DNA from: Alphaproteobacteria bacterium
GTDB taxonomy: Bacteria; Myxococcota_A; UBA796; GCA-2862545
Assembly: GCA_020632875.1 (NCBI GenBank)
Contig: JACKET010000025.1
Location: forward strand, 312 to 64,311
DNA length: 64,000 bases
Direction of reading: 5' to 3'
Positions 24,096 through 33,108 of this stretch are shown here, piece by piece. A program made the translations under genes and the position numbers. How positions within the stretch are numbered: the stretch's first letter is position 1; every line of letters begins with the position of its first letter. The notes under the pieces were generated by a model. That model was given only the letters and a program-made list of their open reading frames with translations, was not told the DNA's origin and did not search any database.

Positions 24096-25367
24096 ATGTT
24101 CTTGCTCACTCTGGGCGCCTTTGCCGCCCCGTTCGTCGATGTGTCCGACCCTTCGCTCCGTCCCGCCGATCCGCCCGCGGGTGTCGAGCTGCCCGAAGTC
24201 GACTCGCCCGATTCCTTCGTCGTGGGCGGCGCTCCGTCCGCCCCCGGCACCTGGCAGAGCACCGTGTCCGTCATGTACGGCTCGATGCCCGGATGCACCG
24301 GCACGCTCGTCGCGCCCAACGTCGTGATCACCGCCGCTCACTGCGTGACGCCCGAGGCGCCCACCGCGGTGCGGACGGGCAGCGTCAACGCGGTCCAGGG
24401 CGGGCAGCTGATCCCCGTCGCGAACGCGACGTTCCACCCGAGCTACGACGGCTACGCGGGCGTCGACCTCGCGGTCCTCCAGCTCCAGACGCCGAGCAAC
24501 TCCCCCATCACGACCATCGCGACCGACTGTGTCGAGGCGGAGGCCGTCTACGACGGGGCTCCCGCGGCAATCGTCGGCTTCGGCTCGACCAACCCGCAGG
24601 GCACGCAGTACCCGGACGTGCTGTACGAGGCGATGTCGTCCATCCGCGACGCGGACTGCAGCCAGGACGTGCTGAACGGCATGCAGACGACCTGCGAGCC
24701 GGCGCTCCGGCCCGCGGGCGAGCTCGCGGCGGGCGGCAACGGCATCGACTCCTGCTACGGCGACTCCGGCGGCCCGCTCTACGTGCAGGGCGACGACGCG
24801 ATCTGGTACCTCGCCGGCGTCACGTCGCGCGGCTTCGCGGCACAGAACTGCGGATCGGGCGGCGTGTACGTGCGTCCCGACACGCACCTCGCATGGATCG
24901 AGGGCATCGTCGGGCCGCTTCCCCGTCCCGGCTGCGGCCAGCCGCCGACCGACCAGATCGACGACGGCCCTCCGGCGCCCGTGCCCGACCCCAAGCCCGA
25001 CAACCCGCAGGAGACCGGCCTCCTCACCATCACGTCGACCTGGATGCCCGTCCGCAAGAACCGCCTCGGCGGCCTCGAGCTCACGGCCGACGGCGCGGAC
25101 GGCGAGCTCGTCTGGACGCTCGAGGTCGACGGCCAGATCGGCACCGCCGCGATCGACGGCTCGATGCTGTTCTACACGCCTCCGCTGCACTGGGCGGGCG
25201 AGGACCTCGTGGTCGTCTCGGTGACGGACGCGACCGGGCACCGCGCCGAGGCCGAGATCGCCGTGTACGTGGGCGCGGCCGGCGGGTGCGATCAGGGCGG
25301 CGGCGCTCCGGCGGGCTTCGCGCTGGTCGGGCTGCTGGCGCTGCTCGGACGCGCCCGGAGGGACTGA
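24096..25367 (+). CDS. Trypsin-like (S1) serine protease with C-terminal Cys-containing sorting tail (MYXO-CTERM-like)
   Basis: MFLLTLGAFAAP is the signal. VVITAAHC (His), GVDLAVLQL (Asp) and CYGDSGGPL (Ser) form the triad. The tail reads GGCDQGGGAPAGFALVGLLALLGRARRD. Confidence 0.85.
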   Translation: MFLLTLGAFAAPFVDVSDPSLRPADPPAGVELPEVDSPDSFVVGGAPSAPGTWQSTVSVMYGSMPGCTGTLVAPNVVITAAHCVTPEAPTAVRTGSVNAVQGGQLIPVANATFHPSYDGYAGVDLAVLQLQTPSNSPITTIATDCVEAEAVYDGAPAAIVGFGSTNPQGTQYPDVLYEAMSSIRDADCSQDVLNGMQTTCEPALRPAGELAAGGNGIDSCYGDSGGPLYVQGDDAIWYLAGVTSRGFAAQNCGSGGVYVRPDTHLAWIEGIVGPLPRPGCGQPPTDQIDDGPPAPVPDPKPDNPQETGLLTITSTWMPVRKNRLGGLELTADGADGELVWTLEVDGQIGTAAIDGSMLFYTPPLHWAGEDLVVVSVTDATGHRAEAEIAVYVGAAGGCDQGGGAPAGFALVGLLALLGRARRD

Positions 25368-25389
25368 ACGGGCTAGCCTCCCCGCGGAG

Positions 25390-25752
25390 GTGCCCGTGCT
25401 TCTGTGGCTCGTCGCCTGTGCGTCGCTCGCGGGGCTCGAAGAGCTCGATGCCCTGCCGGCCGACTTCCCCCTCGCCCTCGAGGGGGAGACCGGGAAGATC
25501 ACCCGGATGGCCGGGCCCGACGGGCAGCTCGCGGTCGACGTGGTCTTCGACGACGAGGAGCACGCCCGGGCCGGCTACGCCGCGCTGCGCGCGCAGGCCG
25601 AGTCCCGCGGCTTCGCGTTCGTCGACGAGCACCACATGAAGAAGCGCGACGAGACCGTGCTGCAGGGCCCCGACGGCAAGCTACAGCTCGGTTGCTGCCA
25701 GCAGCGCGCCGACCGTCGGTGGCTGTTGTTCGTCAGCTGGTGGAAGCGCTGA
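25390..25752 (+). CDS. Hypothetical lipoprotein
   Basis: A GTG start gives (M)PVLLWLVACASL, a lipobox. The protein is 120 aa. Confidence 0.55.
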   Translation: MPVLLWLVACASLAGLEELDALPADFPLALEGETGKITRMAGPDGQLAVDVVFDDEEHARAGYAALRAQAESRGFAFVDEHHMKKRDETVLQGPDGKLQLGCCQQRADRRWLLFVSWWKR

Positions 25753-25754
25753 CC

Positions 25755-26513
25755 ATGTCGCCCCTCGACCCGTACTGGCACCAGGCCACGGTCACCGCGC
25801 TGCTCGTCCTCGCCCTCCCCGTGTTCGCCATCCTGTGGTGGCTGCCCGCTCCGTACGGCCGGCACGGCGACCCGCGCTTCGGCCCCATGATCCCGGGCCG
25901 GATCGCGTGGTTCCTCATGGAGTGCCCCACCCTGCTCGTGTTCGTCCCCGTCCTCGCGATGGGCGAGCACGCCACCGAGCCCGTGGTGCTCGTGCTCGCG
26001 GCGCTCTGGCTGCTGCACTACGTCAACCGCACGCTGGTCTACCCGATGCGGCTCCCCTCCGTCCGGCCCATGGCCACCGCGGCGGTCGTCAGCGGCTTCG
26101 CGTTCCAGATGCTGAACAGCTCGGCGAACGCCGCCGCGCTCGGCCAGCTCACCGACTGGTCGGGCTGGGCGACCGATCCGCGCTTCGCCATCGGCTGCGC
26201 GCTCTTCCTGGTGGGCCAGGCGGTCCACCACCACGGCGACGGCGTGCTGATGGGCCTCCGGAAGCCCGGTGAGACCGGCTACAAGGTGCCGGAAGCCGGG
26301 CTCTACCGCTGGGTGACGAACGTCGCGTACCTCGGCGAGATCACGAGCTGGACGGGCTGGGCGCTCGCCACCGGCACGCTCGCGGGCCTCGCGATGCTCG
26401 TGTTCACGCTCGCGAACCTCGTGCCGCGCGCGGCGAGCCACCACCGCTGGTACCGCGAGACCTTCCCGGACTACCCGTCCGACCGCCGGATCCTCGTCCC
26501 GTTCGTTTGGTGA
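25755..26513 (+). CDS. 3-oxo-5-alpha-steroid 4-dehydrogenase (steroid 5-alpha-reductase) family membrane protein
   Basis: The product is polytopic. The C-terminal signature LYRWVTNVAYLGEITSWTGWAL...HHRWYRETFPDYPSDRRILVPFVW is present. Confidence 0.8.
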   Translation: MSPLDPYWHQATVTALLVLALPVFAILWWLPAPYGRHGDPRFGPMIPGRIAWFLMECPTLLVFVPVLAMGEHATEPVVLVLAALWLLHYVNRTLVYPMRLPSVRPMATAAVVSGFAFQMLNSSANAAALGQLTDWSGWATDPRFAIGCALFLVGQAVHHHGDGVLMGLRKPGETGYKVPEAGLYRWVTNVAYLGEITSWTGWALATGTLAGLAMLVFTLANLVPRAASHHRWYRETFPDYPSDRRILVPFVW

Positions 26514-26541
26514 GGTCACGCGCGCCGGACTATGAGGGCGC

Positions 26542-27132
26542 ATGCTCGCGTTGCTGGCCATCCTCGCCGGCACCGGCGCGCTCGCTGCCGAGCCGCCGCC
26601 GCCGACCGAATCGGAGCTGAAGGCCGAGGCCTACCGCCTGTCCGGCGAGATGCACCGCGCTGCCCAGAAGAACGCATGGGAGCGGGTCGAGCGGTACTAC
26701 AACGACGCCCTCGCGACGGGAATGCCGCTCGGCGCCGACGCGCACATGACGGCCGCCGAGGCTGCGAAGACCCGCGGCGACCTGGGCCGGATGTACGCCC
26801 GGCTCGTGTCCGCGCTGCGTGCCGACCCCGCCAATTCCGACGCCAGCCAGCGCCTGGCCGGGCTCGACGCGATCTACGGCCGCGTCCAGCTCAAGGCCGT
26901 GAAGGGCGCGACCCTCGAAGACTACGAGCATCCGTTCGATCCGAACCAGATCCGCGCGGTCGACTACGCGATCGCGACGATGCGCGACACGGGCGAGTTC
27001 GTCGGCCTGCTCCCGCCCGGCCCGTACAGCATCGACGGCGACCCCTTCGAGGTCGTGGCCGGCCAGGTCCTCGTGCTCGACCTGAGCCCCCCGCCTCCGC
27101 CGCCTCCCGAGAAGAAGCCGAAGAAGCGCTGA
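26542..27132 (+). CDS. Hypothetical secreted protein with Pro/Lys-rich tail
   Basis: MLALLAILAGTGALAAEP is the signal. The protein ends in PPPPPPPEKKPKKR. Confidence 0.6.
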   Translation: MLALLAILAGTGALAAEPPPPTESELKAEAYRLSGEMHRAAQKNAWERVERYYNDALATGMPLGADAHMTAAEAAKTRGDLGRMYARLVSALRADPANSDASQRLAGLDAIYGRVQLKAVKGATLEDYEHPFDPNQIRAVDYAIATMRDTGEFVGLLPPGPYSIDGDPFEVVAGQVLVLDLSPPPPPPPEKKPKKR

Positions 27133-27561
27133 CTACTTCCGCACGATGAGCACGAGGCAGTGCGCCAGGCGCGCCACGCGCTCCGCGACGGACCCGAGCA
27201 GCAGGTGCGCCAGCCCCGTCCGCCCATGGGACGCGATGACGATCAGGTCGGCGTGGATGGACTTCGCGACATCCGTGATGCGCTTGCCGGGGTCGCCGAC
27301 GCGCGTGTGGACGGTCGCGGCCTGGAGGCCCATCCCGTCGAGCTTCTCGCGCAGGGCGGTCGTAACGCTCTCGGCGCGACTCTCGTCGTCGACGGCGTCC
27401 CAGACCGAGCCCGGATCGCCGGGATGCAGCGGCAGGAGCACGTGGATCACGTGCAGGTGGGACGGGTCGTCGACGATGGCCCGGCCGTGCTCGAGGGCCT
27501 CCCACGAGGTCTCGGAGAAGTCGATCGGGACGAGGACGCAGCTTCGCGACCAGTTGCTCAT
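27133..27561 (-). CDS. Universal stress protein (UspA family)
   Basis: The sequence contains VLVPIDFSETS and ADLIVIASHGRTGLAHLLLGSVAERV. Confidence 0.85.
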   Translation of the reverse strand: MSNWSRSCVLVPIDFSETSWEALEHGRAIVDDPSHLHVIHVLLPLHPGDPGSVWDAVDDESRAESVTTALREKLDGMGLQAATVHTRVGDPGKRITDVAKSIHADLIVIASHGRTGLAHLLLGSVAERVARLAHCLVLIVRK

Positions 27562-27599
27562 GGGGCTCTCCGCGGTGGACCAGTGATACCACCCGCGGC

Positions 27600-28415
27600 T
27601 CACGGGATCCGCAAGCCCACCGTGGTGCCGCCTTCGCGGACGAGCAGGGCCGGCGCCGACGGGCCTCCCGAGCGCCCGTCCACGACGCGCGCTTCGGAGA
27701 CACCGCCCTCGAGCGCCGTGCGGATCGCGGCGATCTTGGGGCGCATGCCGCTGTGGATGGCGCCCGTGCGCTCGAGCGACGCCAGCTCGTCGAGCGTCGT
27801 GGTGCGGAGGGTCGTCGTGGGATCGGCGGGATCGCGGAGGATGCCGGGCGACCGCGTGAGCAGCACGAGACGCGTGGCGCCGAGCGCGATGGCGACGTGG
27901 GCCGCGACGGTGTCGGCGTTGACGTTGAGCACCTGCCCCGCGTCCGACACGGCCAGCGGGCTGATGACGGGCACGAGCCCGGCTTCGAGCAGCGCGACGA
28001 GCGGCCCCGTCCGGACGGTGTGCAGGTCGCCGACCTCGCCGAAGTCCACGAGCTGGCCGTCGATCTGCGTCGGCGGACGGCGATTCGCGCCGAGGATGGC
28101 GCCGTCGACGCCCGACAGCCCGATCGACGGCGCACCCGCAGCCTGGAACGCCCGCACCCACTGGACGGACAGCGTGCCCCGCCAGATCTCGACGGCCCGC
28201 GCGAGCACTTCGGGCGTCGTGGCGCGGCGGCCGGCCACGCGGGTGATCGGCAGCCCGGATGCCTCGAGCGCCGCGTCGAGCTGGGGCCCGCCGCCGTGCA
28301 CGAAGACGACCTTCGCGCCCCCGGCGCGCAGCCCCGCCACGTCGCTCGCGACGCCAGCGAGCCAGTCCCCGCGCGTCGCGAGATCCCCGCCCGCCTTGAC
28401 GACGATCACGTCCAC
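27600..28415 (-). CDS. argB: Acetylglutamate kinase
   Basis: The GTG start gives VDVIVVKAGG. The sequence contains VFVHGGGPQ, VLNVNADTVA and GMRPKI. Confidence 0.9.
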   Translation of the reverse strand: MDVIVVKAGGDLATRGDWLAGVASDVAGLRAGGAKVVFVHGGGPQLDAALEASGLPITRVAGRRATTPEVLARAVEIWRGTLSVQWVRAFQAAGAPSIGLSGVDGAILGANRRPPTQIDGQLVDFGEVGDLHTVRTGPLVALLEAGLVPVISPLAVSDAGQVLNVNADTVAAHVAIALGATRLVLLTRSPGILRDPADPTTTLRTTTLDELASLERTGAIHSGMRPKIAAIRTALEGGVSEARVVDGRSGGPSAPALLVREGGTTVGLRIP

Positions 28416-29350
28416 GAGCCCTCCAGCATGCGCTCGAGCGCGGCCATGGCCGTCCACATCCGCAGGTGCGCGGTCTCGTAGACCCACGAGGCGTCGAGGA
28501 CCTCGTCGGTGACCACGACGTTCCGCCGCACGGGCAGGCAGTGCATGAACCCGGCCCCGCCGAGCTTCTCGCGCTCGATCCGCCACTCGTGGTGCACGTC
28601 GCTCTGCGCCGGCTTCCCGAAGGGCGACCAGCTCTTCGCGACCACCACGGCGGCCCCCTCGAACGCCTCGCGCTGGTCGTGGCAGATGCGGGGTCCCGTC
28701 GCCGCGACGACCTCCGGATCGAGGTCCCAGCCCTCGGGGCACGCGACGGTCACGTCCATCCCGAGCAGGCTCGCGGTGGTGAGGACCTGGTTCGCGACGG
28801 CCGTGGGCAGCGGCTTCGGGTGCGGGGCCCACGAGAGCACGAGCTTCCTCCCCACCGGGTCGCCGAGGCGGGACACCAGCGTGGCGGCGTCCGCGAGCCC
28901 CTGGAGGGGGTGGAACCGCGTGCTCTCGAGGTTCAGCACGGGCACCGACGACTCCTCGCGGAACGCCGCGAGCACGGGGTCGGCGCGATCGAACGCCGGA
29001 TCCATGGTCGCGAACGCGCGCACGGCGAGGATGTCGGCGTAGCCCGAGAGCACGCGGACCGCGTCGATCACGTGCTCCGGGTCGGGCCCGTCCATGACGG
29101 CGCCCCTGCGGAGCTCCCAGCCCCACGACTGCGTGCCGGGCTGCGACACCATGGGCTGCACGCCGAGCGCGCCGCACGCGGCCTCGACGCTCATCCGCGT
29201 CCGCAGGGACGGATTCAGGAAGAGCGCCGCGAGCCGCATGCCGGGGAAGCGCTTCGGCGCCGCGCCCGCGCGCAGCTCGAGCGCGCGGTGTGCGATGGCG
29301 TAGAGCCCGTCGCGACCGGGCTCGGTGCCGTCGTAGAGATCAGGCCGCAC
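28406..29350 (-). CDS. argF: Ornithine / N-acetylornithine carbamoyltransferase family enzyme
   Basis: SLRTR (carbamoyl-phosphate site), HPLQ and MHCLPVRRN are present. The HCLPxRRN form recalls the acetylornithine (argF') subtype, but that cannot be settled here. The GTG start at 29350 is tentative. Confidence 0.8.
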   Translation of the reverse strand: MRPDLYDGTEPGRDGLYAIAHRALELRAGAAPKRFPGMRLAALFLNPSLRTRMSVEAACGALGVQPMVSQPGTQSWGWELRRGAVMDGPDPEHVIDAVRVLSGYADILAVRAFATMDPAFDRADPVLAAFREESSVPVLNLESTRFHPLQGLADAATLVSRLGDPVGRKLVLSWAPHPKPLPTAVANQVLTTASLLGMDVTVACPEGWDLDPEVVAATGPRICHDQREAFEGAAVVVAKSWSPFGKPAQSDVHHEWRIEREKLGGAGFMHCLPVRRNVVVTDEVLDASWVYETAHLRMWTAMAALERMLEGSWT

Positions 29351-30485
29351 TGGAGATCCGCGGAGCGAGCGCGATGGCCCGCTCCAGCGCATCGGCCAGC
29401 TCGAAGACCGCGGAGACCGGCGTGACGGCCGGCGGCGCGAGGCGGAGCACGAACGGATCGGACGCCGTGCCCACCATGAAGCCCATCTCGAGCAGCGCCG
29501 CAGCGACGGGACGCGCGGGACGATCGAGGACCACGCCCGCCCAGGCGCCACCGCCGCGGATGCACTGCACACCCGGCACGGCCAGCGCGGACTGCATCGC
29601 CGCGAAGAGCGCGTTCGACTTCTCGAGCAGTCCCTCCGACTCCACGATGTCGATCGTGGCCTCGACGGCCGCGCAGGCCAACGGGCCGCCACCGAACGTC
29701 GTGCCGTGCTCGCCGGGCTTCACCGTGCCCGCCATCTCGTGCGTCAGCAGCACCGCGGCCACGGGGAACCCGCCGCCGAGGCCCTTCCCGACCGTCACGA
29801 GGTCGGGGCGGATGCCCTGGGACGTGCTGACGAGCGGCACGCCCATGCGCCCGATGCCGCACTGGACCTCGTCGCAGATCATCACGGCGCCCACGGCGTC
29901 GCAGCGCTGGCGGATCGCCTGGAGGAAGCCGGCCGGCGGCACCACGACGCCCGCGATGCCCTGGACGGGCTCGACGATCACGGCCGCGACGTCCGGGCCG
30001 AGCGCCTCGTCGAGCGCCGCGAGATCGCCGAACGGGACGAACCGGGTGGCGCCGTACGCGGGCGTGTGCTGATCGCGGTACTTCCAGGTCGCGCCGAGCG
30101 CGCCCATGGTGCGGCCGTGGAAGCCGTGCTCGAACGCCACGACCACGGGCCGACCCGTCGCCTTGCGGGCGATCTTCAGCGCGCCTTCGTTCGCCTCGGC
30201 GCCGCTGTTCACGAAGAACACGACGTCCATGCCCGTGAACGCGGTGAGCTTCTGCGCCGCGCGGTCGCGCACCGGCACGGGAGCGAGCGTCGTGAAGAAC
30301 GACAGCTTCTTCGCCTGGTCGGCGATGGCGGCCACCCAGCGCGGGTGGCCCTGGCCGAGCAGGGTCACGGCGTGCCCGCCGTAGAAGTCCCAGTACGTCT
30401 TGCCGTTGGTGTCCCAGAGCAGGGCGCCCTCGGCGGAGCAGGGAGTGATGGGGAGGGCGGTCGTGCCCACGTTGTCGAGGATCAT
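29340..30485 (-). CDS. argD: Acetylornithine aminotransferase
   Basis: The sequence contains GGHAVTLLGQGHP, VNSGAEANE, DEVQCGIGRMG and TVGKGLGGGFP (the PLP lysine). Confidence 0.9.
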   Translation of the reverse strand: MILDNVGTTALPITPCSAEGALLWDTNGKTYWDFYGGHAVTLLGQGHPRWVAAIADQAKKLSFFTTLAPVPVRDRAAQKLTAFTGMDVVFFVNSGAEANEGALKIARKATGRPVVVAFEHGFHGRTMGALGATWKYRDQHTPAYGATRFVPFGDLAALDEALGPDVAAVIVEPVQGIAGVVVPPAGFLQAIRQRCDAVGAVMICDEVQCGIGRMGVPLVSTSQGIRPDLVTVGKGLGGGFPVAAVLLTHEMAGTVKPGEHGTTFGGGPLACAAVEATIDIVESEGLLEKSNALFAAMQSALAVPGVQCIRGGGAWAGVVLDRPARPVAAALLEMGFMVGTASDPFVLRLAPPAVTPVSAVFELADALERAIALAPRISSAA

Positions 30486-30497
30486 CGTGTGGAACCT

Positions 30498-31448
30498 TCA
30501 GGGAATGGCGGCGGGGACGGGGGTGGCCGGCGTGAGGCCGCCCATGTGCTCGAGGCACTGGATCGCCTGCGTGGCGGCGCCCCGTCCGAGGTTGTCGATA
30601 GCGGCGAGGACGACGGCGAGGCCTTCTCCGCCGTCGTGGATCGCGAGGTCGCAGAAGCCCGTGCCGCGCACGAAGCGCAGCTCGGGGGTGGCCTCGCGGA
30701 TCCGGACCAGGGGGTGGTGCGCGTAGGCGTCGACCACCACGGCGCGGGCGTCGATGTCGGGGTCGACGGGCACGAAGCTCGTCGCGAAGATGCCCCGATC
30801 GAACGGACCGCTCTGCGGCACGAACGCGAGCTGCGGCGCCTCGCCCAGCGACCCGAGGAACGCGCGGATCTCCGGCACGTGCTGGTGGCTCAGCACCTTG
30901 TACGCGCGGAGGTTCGCGAAGCGCTCGGGGTGATGGGTGCCCCCGGAGGGGGTGGCGCCGGAGCCCGTCGACCCGGTGATCGCCGCGACGTGCACGGGCC
31001 CGCGAACCGCTCCCGCCGCGACCAGGGGCGCGAGGGAGAGCGAGATCGCGGTGGCGAAACATCCCGGCACGGCGACTCTGGCGGCGTTCACGAGGAATTC
31101 GCCGTTCCACTCGGGCTGGCCGTAGACCCAGCCCGCCGCGTGGCGGTGATCCGCCGACAGGTCGAGGATCCGCGGCACGCCGGCCGCCTCGAGCGCCGGC
31201 ACGAGGTGCTTCGCGACGCCGTGGGGCGTAGCGAGCGCGACCACGTCGAGCTTCGCGAGGTCGGACGGCACGAAGTCCGCCACGACGTGATCGACGAGCC
31301 CCGCCAGCGACGGGAGGATCGCGTCGAGGCGCTGCCCCACGGCCGACCGGCCCACCACGGCGCCGAGCTCGAGCTGGGGATGCTGGAGGATCCAGCGGAC
31401 CAGCTCGGCCCCGACGTACCCGGTGACGCCGACGACGCCGACGTTCAA
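30498..31448 (-). CDS. argC: N-acetyl-gamma-glutamyl-phosphate reductase
   Basis: A TTG start gives LNVGVVGVTGYVGAELV. The active-site Cys lies in VAVPGCFATA. The start overlaps the upstream stop. Confidence 0.85.
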   Translation of the reverse strand: MNVGVVGVTGYVGAELVRWILQHPQLELGAVVGRSAVGQRLDAILPSLAGLVDHVVADFVPSDLAKLDVVALATPHGVAKHLVPALEAAGVPRILDLSADHRHAAGWVYGQPEWNGEFLVNAARVAVPGCFATAISLSLAPLVAAGAVRGPVHVAAITGSTGSGATPSGGTHHPERFANLRAYKVLSHQHVPEIRAFLGSLGEAPQLAFVPQSGPFDRGIFATSFVPVDPDIDARAVVVDAYAHHPLVRIREATPELRFVRGTGFCDLAIHDGGEGLAVVLAAIDNLGRGAATQAIQCLEHMGGLTPATPVPAAIP

Positions 31449-32497
31449 GGCATGACCCGGAGCATCGGGCTCGCCGGGAAGATCCGGTCGAGCACGATGG
31501 CCGCGAGCAGCTCGGCCTCGGTGCGTGCGTTGGCCGCCGGCACGTTGAGGTGCGCGATGGCGAGGCCGCCCGCGGCATTGTCGGTGGCCGGGCCCGTCAC
31601 GACGGTCGCTTCGAGGTTCAGCGCGCGGAGCAGGTGGATGCCGCCCCACGCCGCCACGGGGTCGGTCGCGGAGAGCACGATGCCCGACGCCACGGGCCCG
31701 AGCTCGGCGAGCAGCTCGGACACGCCGTACTCCCCGAGCAACCCGTCACCGAGCTCGACGACGACGAGATCGACGTCCCGCTCGGCGACGTACTGCAGGC
31801 AGCCGCGCGCCACGGGCAGCGGATCGACGTCGCACGTGCTCGGCAGGCCGGCATCGGCGAACGTGCACACGACGCGGGCACCGTGATCGCGCATCTCGAG
31901 CGAGTCGCGGCGGAGCGCGACGCCCGTCACCTTGGTGGCGCCGACGCGCAGGCCGCGGGCGGTCGCCTGGCGGATGAGCGAGCAGGCCGCCGCGGTCTTG
32001 CCGGCGTGCATACAGGTGCCGGCGAGCAGGATCATCGGGGGCAGCGACGCGGGCAGCGCGTCGGCCGGCTTCACCGGGCCCTCGTGGATGGTGGCGGGCA
32101 CGCTCGGCCCGATGTCGGGCACGCACAGCACGGCCCCGAGCACCTCGACCCGCGCCGGAGGCCCGACCTCGGGGTTGTACGACGAGCACAGCCCGATCAC
32201 GCCGCCCTTGTTGAGCAGGTGCAGGATGTCGCCCACGCGGACGGAGGTCGGCACCTCGCCCGTGTAGCCGCGCAGCGCCTTGCGCCCACCGAGCACACCC
32301 GCGAGCAGATCGCCGGCGTGGATCGTCATCATCCGGCCGTGCGGGTCTTCGACCTCGTTGTAGCTCGTCTTCTGATCCAACACGCGAACGGCCAGCACCA
32401 CGCCGCGTTCGGCGGGGATCTCGGAGGTCAGGACGACGGAGTGCGACAGACCCGCGTTGCGGGTGCTGGAGGCGATCTTGTCGAGCTCGAGATGCAT
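31445..32497 (-). CDS. Uncharacterised two-domain protein: N-terminal domain plus BioD/CobB-like P-loop domain (first gene of the arg operon)
   Basis: The start is MHLELDKIASS at 32497. A P-loop-like ILLAGTCMHAGKTAAACSLIRQATARGLRVGATKVTG and a Walker-B-like DLVVVELGDG are present. I recognise no arg-pathway family. Confidence 0.6.
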   Translation of the reverse strand: MHLELDKIASSTRNAGLSHSVVLTSEIPAERGVVLAVRVLDQKTSYNEVEDPHGRMMTIHAGDLLAGVLGGRKALRGYTGEVPTSVRVGDILHLLNKGGVIGLCSSYNPEVGPPARVEVLGAVLCVPDIGPSVPATIHEGPVKPADALPASLPPMILLAGTCMHAGKTAAACSLIRQATARGLRVGATKVTGVALRRDSLEMRDHGARVVCTFADAGLPSTCDVDPLPVARGCLQYVAERDVDLVVVELGDGLLGEYGVSELLAELGPVASGIVLSATDPVAAWGGIHLLRALNLEATVVTGPATDNAAGGLAIAHLNVPAANARTEAELLAAIVLDRIFPASPMLRVMP

Positions 32498-32521
32498 GTA
32501 CGGATCCTCGGGGGCGGTTGA

Positions 32522-32535
32522 TGCATAAAATGCAT
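32522..32535. promoter_or_regulatory. AT-rich palindromic operator candidate (ARG-box-like) upstream of the arg operon
   Basis: TGCATAAAATGCAT has inverted half-sites TGCAT/ATGCA. It lies in a locally AT-rich 194-bp argR/arg-operon intergenic region. Confidence 0.5.
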
Positions 32536-32635
32536 GCGGTATGCCTGTCAACGAAATCGCTCCATGTTTTCCAGAATCTCCTGTAGTCACGGGCGATTTC
32601 GAGGGGTCAGACGCGCGACCACCTTCCCCTATTCC

Positions 32636-32663
32636 TGCATAATTGCGCATGAATATGCGCATA
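32636..32663. promoter_or_regulatory. AT-rich palindromic operator candidate (ARG-box-like) upstream of argR
   Basis: The sequence is TGCATAATTGCGCATGAATATGCGCATA. Its 18-bp core TGCGCAT-GAAT-ATGCGCA (32644-32661) has perfect 7-bp inverted arms, the same length as a classical ARG box. Confidence 0.5.
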
Positions 32664-32691
32664 CTTTCACAGGGCGTGGTACACGGGGGGC

Positions 32692-33108
32692 ATGTCGTGG
32701 CGCACCATCCTCGAAGACCTCATCGAGACCGGCACTTTCCGCACCCAGCGCGAGCTCGCCCGCGCGGTCGAGGCGCGCGTCGGGCGGCGACTGAACCAGG
32801 CCTCGATCTCACGCGAGCTCACGTCCCTCGGGGCCCGCAAGGTCGACGGGGTCTACCGGATCGGGCCGGAGATGGATCTCACGACCCACATCCGGAAGTG
32901 GGGGCGCACGGCGAACGGGTGCCTGGTCGTGCTCCACACCGATCTCGCCTTCGCATCCATCGTCGCCCAGATGATCGACGGCGCGGCCATCGATGGGGTG
33001 CTCGGCACGATCGCGGGCGACGACACGGTCTTCGTCGCCACGGATGGGCCTGCCGCGCACGCCGCGCTGCTCGAGGTGCTCGGCCTCGACGGCACCGAGC
33101 CGCTGTAG
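32692..33108 (+). CDS. argR: Arginine repressor
   Basis: The protein is 138 aa. It has an N-terminal wHTH (FRTQRELARAVEARVGRRLNQASISRELTSLG) and a C-terminal oligomerisation/arginine-binding region (GTIAGDDTVFV). Confidence 0.85.
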   Translation: MSWRTILEDLIETGTFRTQRELARAVEARVGRRLNQASISRELTSLGARKVDGVYRIGPEMDLTTHIRKWGRTANGCLVVLHTDLAFASIVAQMIDGAAIDGVLGTIAGDDTVFVATDGPAAHAALLEVLGLDGTEPL

